The position numbers and the translations under genes are program-made. Positions 36,601 to 46,200 of a stretch of 64,000 bases of DNA are shown in pieces. The notes under the pieces are model-generated. The model made no database searches and was not told the DNA's origin. It saw only the letters and a list, made by a program, of their open reading frames with translations. Source of the DNA: a virus; the IMG/VR virus record IMGVR_UViG_3300030430_004661, positions 1 through 64,000 of that record. One strand, given 5' to 3'. The stretch's first letter is position 1. Each line of letters opens with the position of its first letter.

Positions 36601-39600
36601 CCTCTTTCCCTTGACGGTTGGAATACACATGAAAAATCAATTGCATGCGACTTTGAGTGACCTTGGGCAAGACAATTTTGAGCTTAGAACCGAAATGAAT
36701 CCCAAAGGTAAGGCAAAAAAAGCCGACTTCAGATTAGAATTTAGAGACAAAGTGTTTGATGAAGACCCTCCAAGAGATTTTGAATTTGGTAACGACATAT
36801 TGTATAGAGATTTTACGTACCCAAACCAGACATTTACTAAAGATGGACTATATGAACTAGCAAAAATAGATAAATTGCCGCAAGGTGGAAACTTCAAGGA
36901 TGTTAAGGTTCAAGCTAGTTATGGATTAGAAAAATTTTCTGACATCATAGAAGAGATAGACGTAGAAGAGTCAGAGCTTGTGCAACCATACATTGTGCAT
37001 TTATTTAAAAACTTTTTTGCGGGAAACTTAGATTCTCTTGGCGTTTCTAATATTTCTATTGACCAAGCAGCACAACAATACGAAAGTATGTCGAGAAATA
37101 TTTTTTCAGATGTTATAAACGCAATATTTCCTAACGACGGTACTTTTCCAAGAAAAGGTTTTGTCTTTGGATATGTCGACGACAGGATTAAATATGAAAA
37201 TTTACTATATGTAGGTCCAAACGCAACAAGTAATAAAAACACTTGGAAGTATGAAGAAGATGAAGAGGATAAAATATTAGGCAAAGCAGCCGTTGCACAT
37301 GATAGGGTCAAGTTCCTAGATCCTGCTATTCATGGTGGATCTTATGTTAGACCAAAAATTTATATTGAACCAACTCAACACGTGGGTTGGATGGGCTTTA
37401 TGCAGACACTAATGCCAGAACCAGACGGTCATGAGCCAAAAAGTGAAGATTTCTTGTTTGTTAGCGATATTTCCAAACGCATAAGCGATAAACAGCTTAG
37501 TCCGAACGTTGATGACAGACTCAGACTAGATCCAGAATACAGGGTTGAAGGGGCGTTTAACAAAGTATTGACTCCGTCATCTTCTGCTTATTTAGAAGGT
37601 ATAGTAAGAATGACAGTACGCGCATATTGTATGGAATTTATGCTCAGATGTTATCCAGTTATACAAAACCTAAAGCTTGATTTTGATAGTAACTTTGACG
37701 ATGGCATTTTATCGTTTATAGCTGCTAAAATGGAACAAGGTATGAGAGAACAGGATGGGTTCGGAAGAATTAAGGAAGACAAGTATTGGTTATTGTTTTG
37801 TGAACAAGCAGTACAACAAGCATATGGTTTAGTTGAAGATGAAATTCTAGAACCAGATGCTGAACTAATAGAGCTGTTACAGGAGGGCATAGATACGACT
37901 AATGGTTTTATGATACCTAATGACGAAGATAGAAAGCTTTTGCTATTGGTTGAGAGCTGGGATAAAAGTAGTTTTTTAAACAGAGTTGCTCGTGCTTTTT
38001 TTAGAGACGGCTTACAGGTTTCTGATAGACAAGAACGTAGAATTGTTCACATATTAAATGCTTTGTTGTATTACTCAAAAGGCGAATATTATGAAGACTA
38101 TATTGGAAACAAACAAGATAGGACATTTTCATACAGACCCATGATTACAAAATATATGACCGTTAAGTTTTTGAGAAAAGCCGTACGAGAATATGATGTA
38201 AGAAATAGGATGGCACTCTGTAGAAAAGTTTTAAAATATTATATCAAAAAAGAATTACAATTTTACGCAGATAAATTTAATGAAAACATGCCATTCCCAT
38301 CTAGGATAGATAATCTGCAAGAAGAACTTTTGGGAGATATGTTTATTAGCAAGACGCCTCTAGATGTGATTCCTCGCGAACCCCTCGCCAATCCGCCTTT
38401 AGATGGATTAAATATAACCGAAGGACAGTATTCTTCTTTGCTTGCCAATGGCTCTTTTTACATAGAAAAATATGCTATCCTTGTAACAAACAACCAGACA
38501 ACACCGGACTACTTTAAACCATTTGATGGCATCAATCGAATAGATGAGTTGCAAGATGTAGTTAATTCATACACCGGAGATAAAAATGTTTATGTGTCTG
38601 ATGTATTTGGCACTGCGAGTGTGCTTGGATCAGGACGCCGCCGCAACAATAACGAAGAAGAAGAAACAGGCAAACCAACTCCAAAGAGCCAAAAAGAAAA
38701 GCGTGACGAGCGCAAACAAAAGCGTAAAGAACGCAGAGAAGAGCGAGCAGAAGATCGCGAGAGACGTAGAGAAGAACAAGCAAATGGCTATGCAGGATCT
38801 ATAGGGATCAGAATGGGCCTAAGAGTAATGTACTGTCCACAACCCGAAGTGGAGCCACTGCTTGAGTCAATCAATTTCGACCCAGAAACGGGTGAATCTG
38901 GCGGATCTGGACTTCCTCTTTTCCCAAGCGGTGGTGAATCTGGAACGTTTGTTATGGGAAACTTGAGTAACATACAAAATCCCTCTGAGATGGCTTTGAG
39001 TGCCGACGGACCAATCCAGCAATTATGGGGCGGATTATCCGGAGGTTATTTTATTGTCGATGGTGTTGAGAAATATTATAATTCTATGGGCGACTCTTTT
39101 CCTATCTTTTCATATGAAAGAGACATAAAGGATGTAAAATTGAAAGATCTAAGATTAGACTTAGAGGATTTAGATTGTTATGTGGACGAGTTGATAAAGT
39201 CTAGAAAATTTAATTTTTTCTTCGGATCAGTATTACCAGTTAGAAGAGCAGCAAGTATGGTTGCTATCTACTGTTACGATGGATTTGTCCAGTCAGTTGG
39301 TCTAGGAGACGACGAGAGAGAAGAAGGTGAAGAGGGATCAAGAGGAAGATGGCGACAGAAATTGTTGAAAAGAACCAAGAGAAACCTGTACCATATGTTT
39401 GTGTCTAATTTAAAATCTATGTCGAATAGAAAAGATAAATTTGATGATGGTAATCGATCACAAAAAAGATTTAGAAGAAAAAGATTTCCTAGGCAACTTC
39501 AAAATATTGACAAAGGTGTTAAGTGGTGGCAGCTTAGAAAGAAAGTTGGAAGACCGTTTGATAAAAATGGAAACCCGAAGATAGATATTGTAAATATGTT

Positions 39601-39613
39601 GTTTGGAGATTGA
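33647..39613 (+). CDS. 1988-aa protein, likely baseplate/tail-associated
   Basis: Lies between the spike and gp25; acidic; LPDLP-type Pro repeats; charged insert. Confidence 0.6.
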   Translation: MSEFKDLQVDICEIDEALAPKDDRPECPDIVIEIPRPEIDLPSFDPDIDFSDITRLDFSFGDLKKLRKLKLLFKKFSQLQVILKSSSGISFIQDVPDPGFETGRRKFYLKKFELLIDKFEILIEDFFDREGIDFDPDIIEKISFEFDKFDPLNPFKVERFTILDRAGKFFDVPKIDFDPVLQDPTLMKYFIDIDSIFDRLTVDTSWIDIMLEITYPRIQIDYGSFDDLDIDFGDLDFSLKFRDLALGSFKFPDIMMYSLEIPKIKSIDFNKTKYSLLRQGLSVLPPDLDFSQLPDINLKQIENIFDEFNIPKLDRGALMELYNRFGPIDKFKAPKVLKPFGDFDFERSQLLDFLTPCKWKEVLEETLKSKLSDKTLEQATRIIIRTALLSASPLVLRKIYGELAQDVTQEIEQEIRSELQIDSFAYPWDVIQEVELERSILDRQKILDQLEESLDEEIDAQVKRLMVEKIIEKSNIDKLSEFFDMIPGADIYKLAVLSDEVPFTPNINAGIEKIVGVGGVGLCDDGRFIKKGLPQLPKMKELSFKFLLDVLIKEFKKLLIKLLINVLLSIVIKFIDKAVSSFPPLPDLPQLPDVPDISDIPPISNFPDLPNLPPSGRLDPSNLMRDLNDVNFGTALSDVFFGPPELGDTAAGKFLEISGVPARSRDRLIKAISNTLTAKELKAAMAASPENQNGAAIAAVYTAIRGTGFEVPGVLSSPEDVQAMFANINSYLTPDQKARILNSITPEDDMPINKSICLTKEERCMWNDQRLDAFKDLGFNDDEANDFLDRLNDKSDQDLADVVDALFNAPDNILGDALDAALDNAVSGKNDIGEPQRLQKADDYDEDNLGDLDDKDICFDVFFELTGQTGNNSITIPTDMKNLFKNMNRDVFRMLNFAFSNDLIGRRNSFFENVLADRRGTKLTAGLFDHETRVRLRYPFPNAADTEEQHAEKFDGAGKILKRVMEKTRIMDKGEEDPAQGDPSNLFPLTVGIHMKNQLHATLSDLGQDNFELRTEMNPKGKAKKADFRLEFRDKVFDEDPPRDFEFGNDILYRDFTYPNQTFTKDGLYELAKIDKLPQGGNFKDVKVQASYGLEKFSDIIEEIDVEESELVQPYIVHLFKNFFAGNLDSLGVSNISIDQAAQQYESMSRNIFSDVINAIFPNDGTFPRKGFVFGYVDDRIKYENLLYVGPNATSNKNTWKYEEDEEDKILGKAAVAHDRVKFLDPAIHGGSYVRPKIYIEPTQHVGWMGFMQTLMPEPDGHEPKSEDFLFVSDISKRISDKQLSPNVDDRLRLDPEYRVEGAFNKVLTPSSSAYLEGIVRMTVRAYCMEFMLRCYPVIQNLKLDFDSNFDDGILSFIAAKMEQGMREQDGFGRIKEDKYWLLFCEQAVQQAYGLVEDEILEPDAELIELLQEGIDTTNGFMIPNDEDRKLLLLVESWDKSSFLNRVARAFFRDGLQVSDRQERRIVHILNALLYYSKGEYYEDYIGNKQDRTFSYRPMITKYMTVKFLRKAVREYDVRNRMALCRKVLKYYIKKELQFYADKFNENMPFPSRIDNLQEELLGDMFISKTPLDVIPREPLANPPLDGLNITEGQYSSLLANGSFYIEKYAILVTNNQTTPDYFKPFDGINRIDELQDVVNSYTGDKNVYVSDVFGTASVLGSGRRRNNNEEEETGKPTPKSQKEKRDERKQKRKERREERAEDRERRREEQANGYAGSIGIRMGLRVMYCPQPEVEPLLESINFDPETGESGGSGLPLFPSGGESGTFVMGNLSNIQNPSEMALSADGPIQQLWGGLSGGYFIVDGVEKYYNSMGDSFPIFSYERDIKDVKLKDLRLDLEDLDCYVDELIKSRKFNFFFGSVLPVRRAASMVAIYCYDGFVQSVGLGDDEREEGEEGSRGRWRQKLLKRTKRNLYHMFVSNLKSMSNRKDKFDDGNRSQKRFRRKRFPRQLQNIDKGVKWWQLRKKVGRPFDKNGNPKIDIVNMLFGD

Positions 39614-39615
39614 AC

Positions 39616-39996
39616 ATGGAAAAAACTGTAACTGTAAAATGGCCGTTTAAGCAAGACGAAAATGGAGGGTTTGATAGCATTCCAGAAAGAGATTTTGTTG
39701 ATGCTATAAAGTTTTCTATAAAAAATATATTACTAACAAACCCCGGTGAAAAAATATCAGATCCCCAGTTTGGAATTGGCTTACGACGATATTTGTTCTC
39801 CTTAAGTACCGAAGATCTTTCTTCTTTACAGGGAGAGATCACGTTTCAAATAAGAAAATATTTGCCATACTTGACCAAATTCAACGTGTCATTAGACCTT
39901 ACGCAAGTTGATTACAACAGATTTGCAGTAAGGGTTTCGTTTGAGGTTGGGCCAAAAGAAATCAAAGATTTTCTAGATGTTGTGGTTAGTGTTTAA
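39616..39996 (+). CDS. baseplate wedge subunit, gp25/GPW family
   Basis: IKNILLTNPGEKISDPQFGIGLRRYLF. Confidence 0.9.
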   Translation: MEKTVTVKWPFKQDENGGFDSIPERDFVDAIKFSIKNILLTNPGEKISDPQFGIGLRRYLFSLSTEDLSSLQGEITFQIRKYLPYLTKFNVSLDLTQVDYNRFAVRVSFEVGPKEIKDFLDVVVSV

Positions 39997-40004
39997 CAAA
40001 AATT

Positions 40005-40026
40005 CACAAAAACTATTTATTTTGTG
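40005..40026 (+). promoter_or_regulatory. inverted repeat CACAAAA/TTTTGTG enclosing the CTATTTA(T) motif
   Basis: 7-bp stem with loop ACTATTTA, just upstream of SD GAGGA of the wedge gene. Confidence 0.5.
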
Positions 40027-40041
40027 CTTGAGGAACTTTTA

Positions 40042-41841
40042 ATGCCAAAAAGAAAAAATATAAAGATAAATTACACGAATAGAGATTTTGATTCTATCAA
40101 AACAGATCTGGTTGAATATGCCAAGAGGTATTATCCAGACGTATACCAAGACTTTACAGATGCGTCATTTGGATCAATGGTGTTTGACTTGGTTTCTTAT
40201 GTTGGCGACAACATATCTTTTTACTTAGATTACCAAGTTAATGAGTCATTTTTAGAAACCGCAATAGAACCAGCAAACGTCCGGAAACATTCTAAAAGTC
40301 TAGGTTATACTTACTATGGTAGCCCTGTATCTTTTGGTGTAGCGTCGTTTTACATAATGGTTCCGGCAAACGCTGATGGTTTGGCCCCAGACACAACATA
40401 TATACCGACTTTAAAAAAGAACTCGACGTTTAAGTCTTCAAATGGTGTGAGCTTTGTTTTACTTGAAGATGTTGACTTCTCAGATTCCAAAAACGATGTG
40501 GTTGAGGCAAAGTACAATTCTACAACAGGCGGTCCAACTTATTATGCGATTCGAGCACATGGTCAAGTTTCATCTGGAAAGCTTCAAATGGTTGAGGTTG
40601 ACTTATCTAATTCGTCATTTAAAAAGTTTAGAAGAGTTAGAATAGGTAATTCTGATATATCAGAGATAATAAAAGTTGTCGATGATAGCGGAAATGAATA
40701 TTTTCAAGTTGACTATCTTAGTCAAGAAACAGTGTTGATGGATACAACTAATCCAAATGCAAGAGCAGACGGTGTTAGAAGCATCATGAAGCCTTTCGTA
40801 ACTGCTCGACGATTTGTGCTAGAGCAAGATCCAAGCGGAACATACTTACAGTTTGGTTTTGGATCTGAGAGTGATGATGACTCTGGATTAGCAGACCCGT
40901 CCCAAGTGGCAATAAACCTACACGCAAGAGATTACATCAGCGATAAATCTATCGACCCCAACAAGCTCTTGGGCACTGATAAGCTAGGAGTATCTCCAAC
41001 CGGTGTTATCCTAAAGGCAATATACAGAGTCAACGACTCAAGTAACGTAAACGTCGGTGCTAGAAAGCTTGACAAAGTTAACAATGCAACTCTGACGTTT
41101 AATGACCCAGATGTTTTGAATAGTAATATCAAATCAATTGTTGTCGGCTCCCTAGAGGTAACAAATGAAGATCCAATCGTAGGTCAAGTTGTCGATCAAA
41201 ATGCTGAGGAAATAAAAATATTTGCAAAAAATACATACGCTGCTCAAAACCGAGCAGTGACTAAACAAGACTTTGAGGCCATAGCATACAATATGCCAAC
41301 CAAATTTGGACAAATAAAAAGAGTTAACGTTATTAATGACCCGATGTCAACAAACAGAAAGCTTGCAATGTATGTACTAGGATCAGATAATGATGGTAAT
41401 CTTGTTAGATCAAACGACAGAGTGAAACAGAATCTTAAAACTTGGTTGTCTAGATACAAGGGTATAAACGATCACATTGAGATCTTTGATGGAAAGGTGG
41501 TAAACTTTGGAATTGACTTTGAAATAGCAGTTGACAGAAGGTTTAGCAACGATAACATCCTAAATGAATCAATAAACAACTTAAAGAAGTTCTATAATAA
41601 CAAGCTCTACATGGGCGAGCCAGTATACATAACCGACATTTACAATGTTCTAGCAAAAACTAAGGGCGTAATAGATATTAAAAAAGTTGATGTATTTAAT
41701 AAATATGGTGGATCATATTCCACAATTCCACTAGACTTTGAGAAAATACGATCAAAAGATGGAACTTACTACAAAACACCTAAGAATGTGGTGATGGAGC
41801 TAAAATTCCCAGAAAGAGATATAAAAGGAATCGCTAAATGA
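40042..41841 (+). CDS. baseplate wedge protein, T4 gp6/baseplate-J-like
   Basis: YTNRDFDSIKTDL, SFYLDYQVNESFL, LQFG, AQNRAVTKQDF. Confidence 0.88.
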   Translation: MPKRKNIKINYTNRDFDSIKTDLVEYAKRYYPDVYQDFTDASFGSMVFDLVSYVGDNISFYLDYQVNESFLETAIEPANVRKHSKSLGYTYYGSPVSFGVASFYIMVPANADGLAPDTTYIPTLKKNSTFKSSNGVSFVLLEDVDFSDSKNDVVEAKYNSTTGGPTYYAIRAHGQVSSGKLQMVEVDLSNSSFKKFRRVRIGNSDISEIIKVVDDSGNEYFQVDYLSQETVLMDTTNPNARADGVRSIMKPFVTARRFVLEQDPSGTYLQFGFGSESDDDSGLADPSQVAINLHARDYISDKSIDPNKLLGTDKLGVSPTGVILKAIYRVNDSSNVNVGARKLDKVNNATLTFNDPDVLNSNIKSIVVGSLEVTNEDPIVGQVVDQNAEEIKIFAKNTYAAQNRAVTKQDFEAIAYNMPTKFGQIKRVNVINDPMSTNRKLAMYVLGSDNDGNLVRSNDRVKQNLKTWLSRYKGINDHIEIFDGKVVNFGIDFEIAVDRRFSNDNILNESINNLKKFYNNKLYMGEPVYITDIYNVLAKTKGVIDIKKVDVFNKYGGSYSTIPLDFEKIRSKDGTYYKTPKNVVMELKFPERDIKGIAK

Positions 41842-43274
41842 CAATAAAAAGATACTTCGCAGAAGCGGACAATACAATTACAAACGCATTTCAAGAAAAC
41901 TTGACACTGCGAGGTACTGGCTCAAATATGGGAGCAGCAGATATATTAGAGGTTTTTTCAATATATGGTCAAGCAACTACGTCCTCCGCAGAGCTTTCAA
42001 GAGTGTTATTACAGTTCAATGTGGATGATATTTCAACAGACAGAACTAATGGAAAAATTCCTGCGTCCGGCAAGGTCAGCTTTTTCTTAAAGATGTATAA
42101 CGCCGAACATACAAGAACCACACCAAGAGATTTTAGGCTAACAGTTTCGGCTGTGTCACAATCTTGGCAAGAGGGTTCCGGTCTAGACATGGAAAACTAC
42201 ACAGATAAGACTTTTAGTATCACTGGATCTAACTGGGTCAAAAGATCGGGCTCAGCTGCTTGGGAGTCGGCTGGTGGTGACTATCATGCATCCCCAACTT
42301 TCGAAGCCAAATTTCAGAACGGTCGTGAAGATATGGAGTTAAATGTTACATCCTTGGTTGAGGAGTGGATAGCAGGAACTAAAAGCAACTATGGCTTTGG
42401 TGTAAAACTTACAGATGCATCAGAGGCTATGCAAAAGTCTTTTTATACAAAAAAATTCTTTTCTCGAACAAGCGAGTTCTTTTACAAAAGACCGGTTCTA
42501 GAGGCTAGGTTCAATAATGCGATAAAAGACGACAGAGGATATTTTTATGCATCCTCGTCCTTAGCACCCCCAGATGACAATATAAACACAATATACCTAT
42601 ACAACGTAATAAGAGGCAGACTTAGGAATATTCCTGCCGTTGGCGATGGTGCAGTGTATGTGGATCTTTATGATGCGACTGGGTCATCACATGAGGCTAG
42701 AAGCTTGTGTATAAATACGCCTGCAACTGGCGGTATACATTCAACAGGGATTTACTCTGCGTCAGTTTGCATAAGTACCACTGCTTCAATTTTGCATGAT
42801 GTTTGGCACAACGGCGCAGGAACACAATACCACACTGGCACAATATACATAAAAACATTTGAAGCGGAAGATTACAATCCAAACACAAAATATGTTTTGT
42901 CAATTAGCAACATAAAAGAGTACTATCAAACATCAGAAGTTGCTAGATTTAGACTCTATACAAGACCAAAAAATTGGTCACCTACGATATATACTGTCGC
43001 CTCAAGTGTACCAGAGACAACAATCATACCATCTGGCGCATTCGAGATTAAAAGAATAACCGACGGTTTAAAAGTTATACCATTTGGAACTGGTTCAGAT
43101 CTACATACAGGATTATCTTATGACGTTAGTGGAAACTATTTTGATCTAGATCTATCGATGCTAGAGGGTGGGTATTCGTATGGCATAAAATTTGCATTTT
43201 ATGATGATATAAGATCATCGTGGCAATGTCAACCCTATGAGTTTAAATTTAAAGTGAGAGAAGATGAGTATTAA
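41838..43274 (+). CDS. baseplate-associated protein (DNRLRE/CBM96-like N-domain)
   Basis: ADNTI, SRVLLQF, VSQSWQEGSG, W..AGGD, NYGFGVK, RPVLEA. Confidence 0.6.
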   Translation: MTIKRYFAEADNTITNAFQENLTLRGTGSNMGAADILEVFSIYGQATTSSAELSRVLLQFNVDDISTDRTNGKIPASGKVSFFLKMYNAEHTRTTPRDFRLTVSAVSQSWQEGSGLDMENYTDKTFSITGSNWVKRSGSAAWESAGGDYHASPTFEAKFQNGREDMELNVTSLVEEWIAGTKSNYGFGVKLTDASEAMQKSFYTKKFFSRTSEFFYKRPVLEARFNNAIKDDRGYFYASSSLAPPDDNINTIYLYNVIRGRLRNIPAVGDGAVYVDLYDATGSSHEARSLCINTPATGGIHSTGIYSASVCISTTASILHDVWHNGAGTQYHTGTIYIKTFEAEDYNPNTKYVLSISNIKEYYQTSEVARFRLYTRPKNWSPTIYTVASSVPETTIIPSGAFEIKRITDGLKVIPFGTGSDLHTGLSYDVSGNYFDLDLSMLEGGYSYGIKFAFYDDIRSSWQCQPYEFKFKVREDEY

Positions 43275-46200
43275 AAGACCAGCAATTTTTAAATCAGCCA
43301 ATTCGGCTTCTGTGAAGATAGAGTCACCTAACTTAATAACAAGAAAAATGCAAGAAAGGGAGACGTTCGTACCCCCAATAGATTTTTCAAGCGCCTCTAA
43401 CTTTGTAAGATTTGGATCAGCCAAAGAATATTATGCTGAAAGTATAAAACGAATATACACAAACTACCCATACGATGGATCTGCTAAAGAGAAGCTCGTA
43501 TTTGAACTATCATCTTCATTTCTGGACAGATACGTCCTAAATCAGTTGTATCCAAAATCAAAAGGATCGGCTCGATTTGGCTACGATTCGCACGTTGTAA
43601 TTAATAGAGGATTCCAAGAGGCGACAACAGATTTCACACAATCACTTTCAAACTTATTTAGAAATAAAAATGTTCCACATGATACTTCGAAAAGAAGAAA
43701 GCAAACTTTCTTTTTTAATTTCGATGATGGTTTTACTTTTGAATGGTGGATGCGAAAAGGTGGATGGACTAATGCATCGGAGACACTTTTTGAGGCTTCA
43801 TCATCTCAAGGTTTTCTAAAAATTATGTTGTCTGGATCAGATGATGGCACAGGACCAGTAAGATTTTACGCTTCATCTTCTACTGAGATACCATTAACAT
43901 CTTTGGCATCGTCCACGATCACCACAGCATCGGTAGGTGATGGGACATTCCACCACTATGCGCTCACTCTTTTCAGATCAGCATCTTCAATAGTAAGTAA
44001 TTTTTACATTGATGGTGTATCAAATAACAGAATCACAAACCACACTGACATAACCAATATAACAGACATGATTACTGGCTTCTTGGGTTCCGGATCATAC
44101 GGTTTGCTTTCTGCGTCTGTTGATGACTTTAGGTTTTGGAACAAAAAGCAAAGTTCTGAGAAGATATATTACTATTACAAAACAGGTGTTGACGGTGGCG
44201 CTAGTACAGACGACTACAGAAAAGAACTGGGTGTGTACTACAAGTTCAACGAGGGTATAACGAACACCGCATCAGTAGATAGAATAGTTCTTGACTATTC
44301 CGGTCGAATTGCTAATGGATATTGGAACAATTATGTCGCCGCTAACAGATCTACTGAATCTGGTGTCCCGAACGAGGTTGGCGATTTCATAGTCAGATCT
44401 AACCACCCAGAGGTGGTCGGTTTAAACACCAGACTTGAAACAAGCGGATCACAATATGACTCAAGTAACTCTATGTCTCTGTACGATTTAGTACCAGCAT
44501 GGATTAGAGAGGACGACGAGGCCAGCAACTCTGAATTGAAAAAGCTAGTTCAAATAATAGGGTCTTACTTTGATACGTTATTTTCGCAGATTGAATCAAT
44601 TGTAGATCTTAAATCTAAAAGATACTTTCAAACGACAGACAAGCCGCTACCATTCTCCAGACAACTCCTTGAAAACCAAGGAATCGTAGCACCAGAGATT
44701 CTCATAAATAAGACTGTTTTAAACTTCTTCTCCGAACGAGATGAAAACGGAGTTATATACGAAAGAGATCTAGAGGAACTAAAAAACCTAATATACAACA
44801 ATATATACGCTAACATTGACTTCATTCTAAAATCAAAAGGAACGTACAAGTCATACAGGAATCTTATAAGGTGTTTTGGTGTAGATGACGAACTTGTTAA
44901 GCTAAACTTATACGTTGATAATGCCACACAATACTTGCTGGACAAAAATTCACATACATCTGAAAAAACAAAACACATAAACTTTAACAACCCAGATAGG
45001 TTTGGAGCAAGTGTATACCAGCAAAATACCATTTCTGGCTCAATGGGAGCCCAATTAGAGAAGAATTTGGCCATAACTGCTGAAGTTGAGGTAATGGTAC
45101 CTAAGAAACCTGAGCAGACTGATTCTTTCTTTTTTAACACTCCATTTTACACATCTTCTGTATTTGGTCTAGACTCGGTAGATCGAGATGGTGTACAATA
45201 CAGCTCATCGGCTTTCTATGATAACTTTCAAGTTTATCTGGTTACAAGCCCACTAGACCCAAATCGTGCCAAGTGGATGCTCAAGCAAATAAGGCACTCT
45301 GACTCAACTACTGTTTCCCTTCTGACAACAGACATGTACGCAGATATCTATAACAATCAAAGGTGGAACATCGCAGTAAAAGTATACCCACTAGGATATC
45401 CGTTTGCTGGATCTTTCTCTACGTCTGACGATCCCGACTATACAGTTGAGTTTTACGGTGTTTCACACAATATGGACGAGGTATTGCACGAGTTCAAGCT
45501 CACCTCTTCGATATCAGGTGAAAATGCAAGATCACTACTATCTTCCAACAAAAAGTTGTATGTTGGTGCGAGACGTAGTAACTGGACAGGATCTGTGCTG
45601 CAAAAGAGCGACGTAAAGATTGCCGCTGCATCACTGTATTTTGACAAGCTTGATGATGCTTCTATAAAGGCCCATAACAAAGATCCATCCAATTATGGTC
45701 ACAATAAAGTATTTGGAAACCCTACGGTATTTGCCACTGACATAACAGACAGACACATACCAGCACAACACAGCTTGGCACTGCATTGGGACTTTCAAGC
45801 AGTAACTTCATCCGACTCAGCAGGTACATTCACAGTTGAAGACTATTCTAGTGGATCTTCTGTCGGCAGGTACAACTGGCTTGAGAACATTATCAACGCC
45901 AAGCATCAAGGAGCAGGGGTTGGTTTTCCCGTGTCATCAACAAAAGTAATCTCCAATGAATTTATATTCGCTAGTAAGAAGAACCTACCAGAAATATCTT
46001 TTGACTCTGATACCACAAAGATCATGACAGATAAGGATATCTATCTTTTTGAAGATGAGGATATCAATGACAATATTTTTATTTTTGAAAAAAGCATGTA
46101 TCAAGCAATTTCTCAAAAGATGTTGGACATGTTTACCAGTATTCATGAGTATTCTAATCTGTTCGCTAAACCCATAGATCGATACAAAAAGGACTACAAA

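Noticed and set aside
38634-38780. Intein or mobile insertion in large structural genes
   Set aside because: No C/S...HN splice junctions or homing-endonuclease motifs; it is a short low-complexity charged loop.
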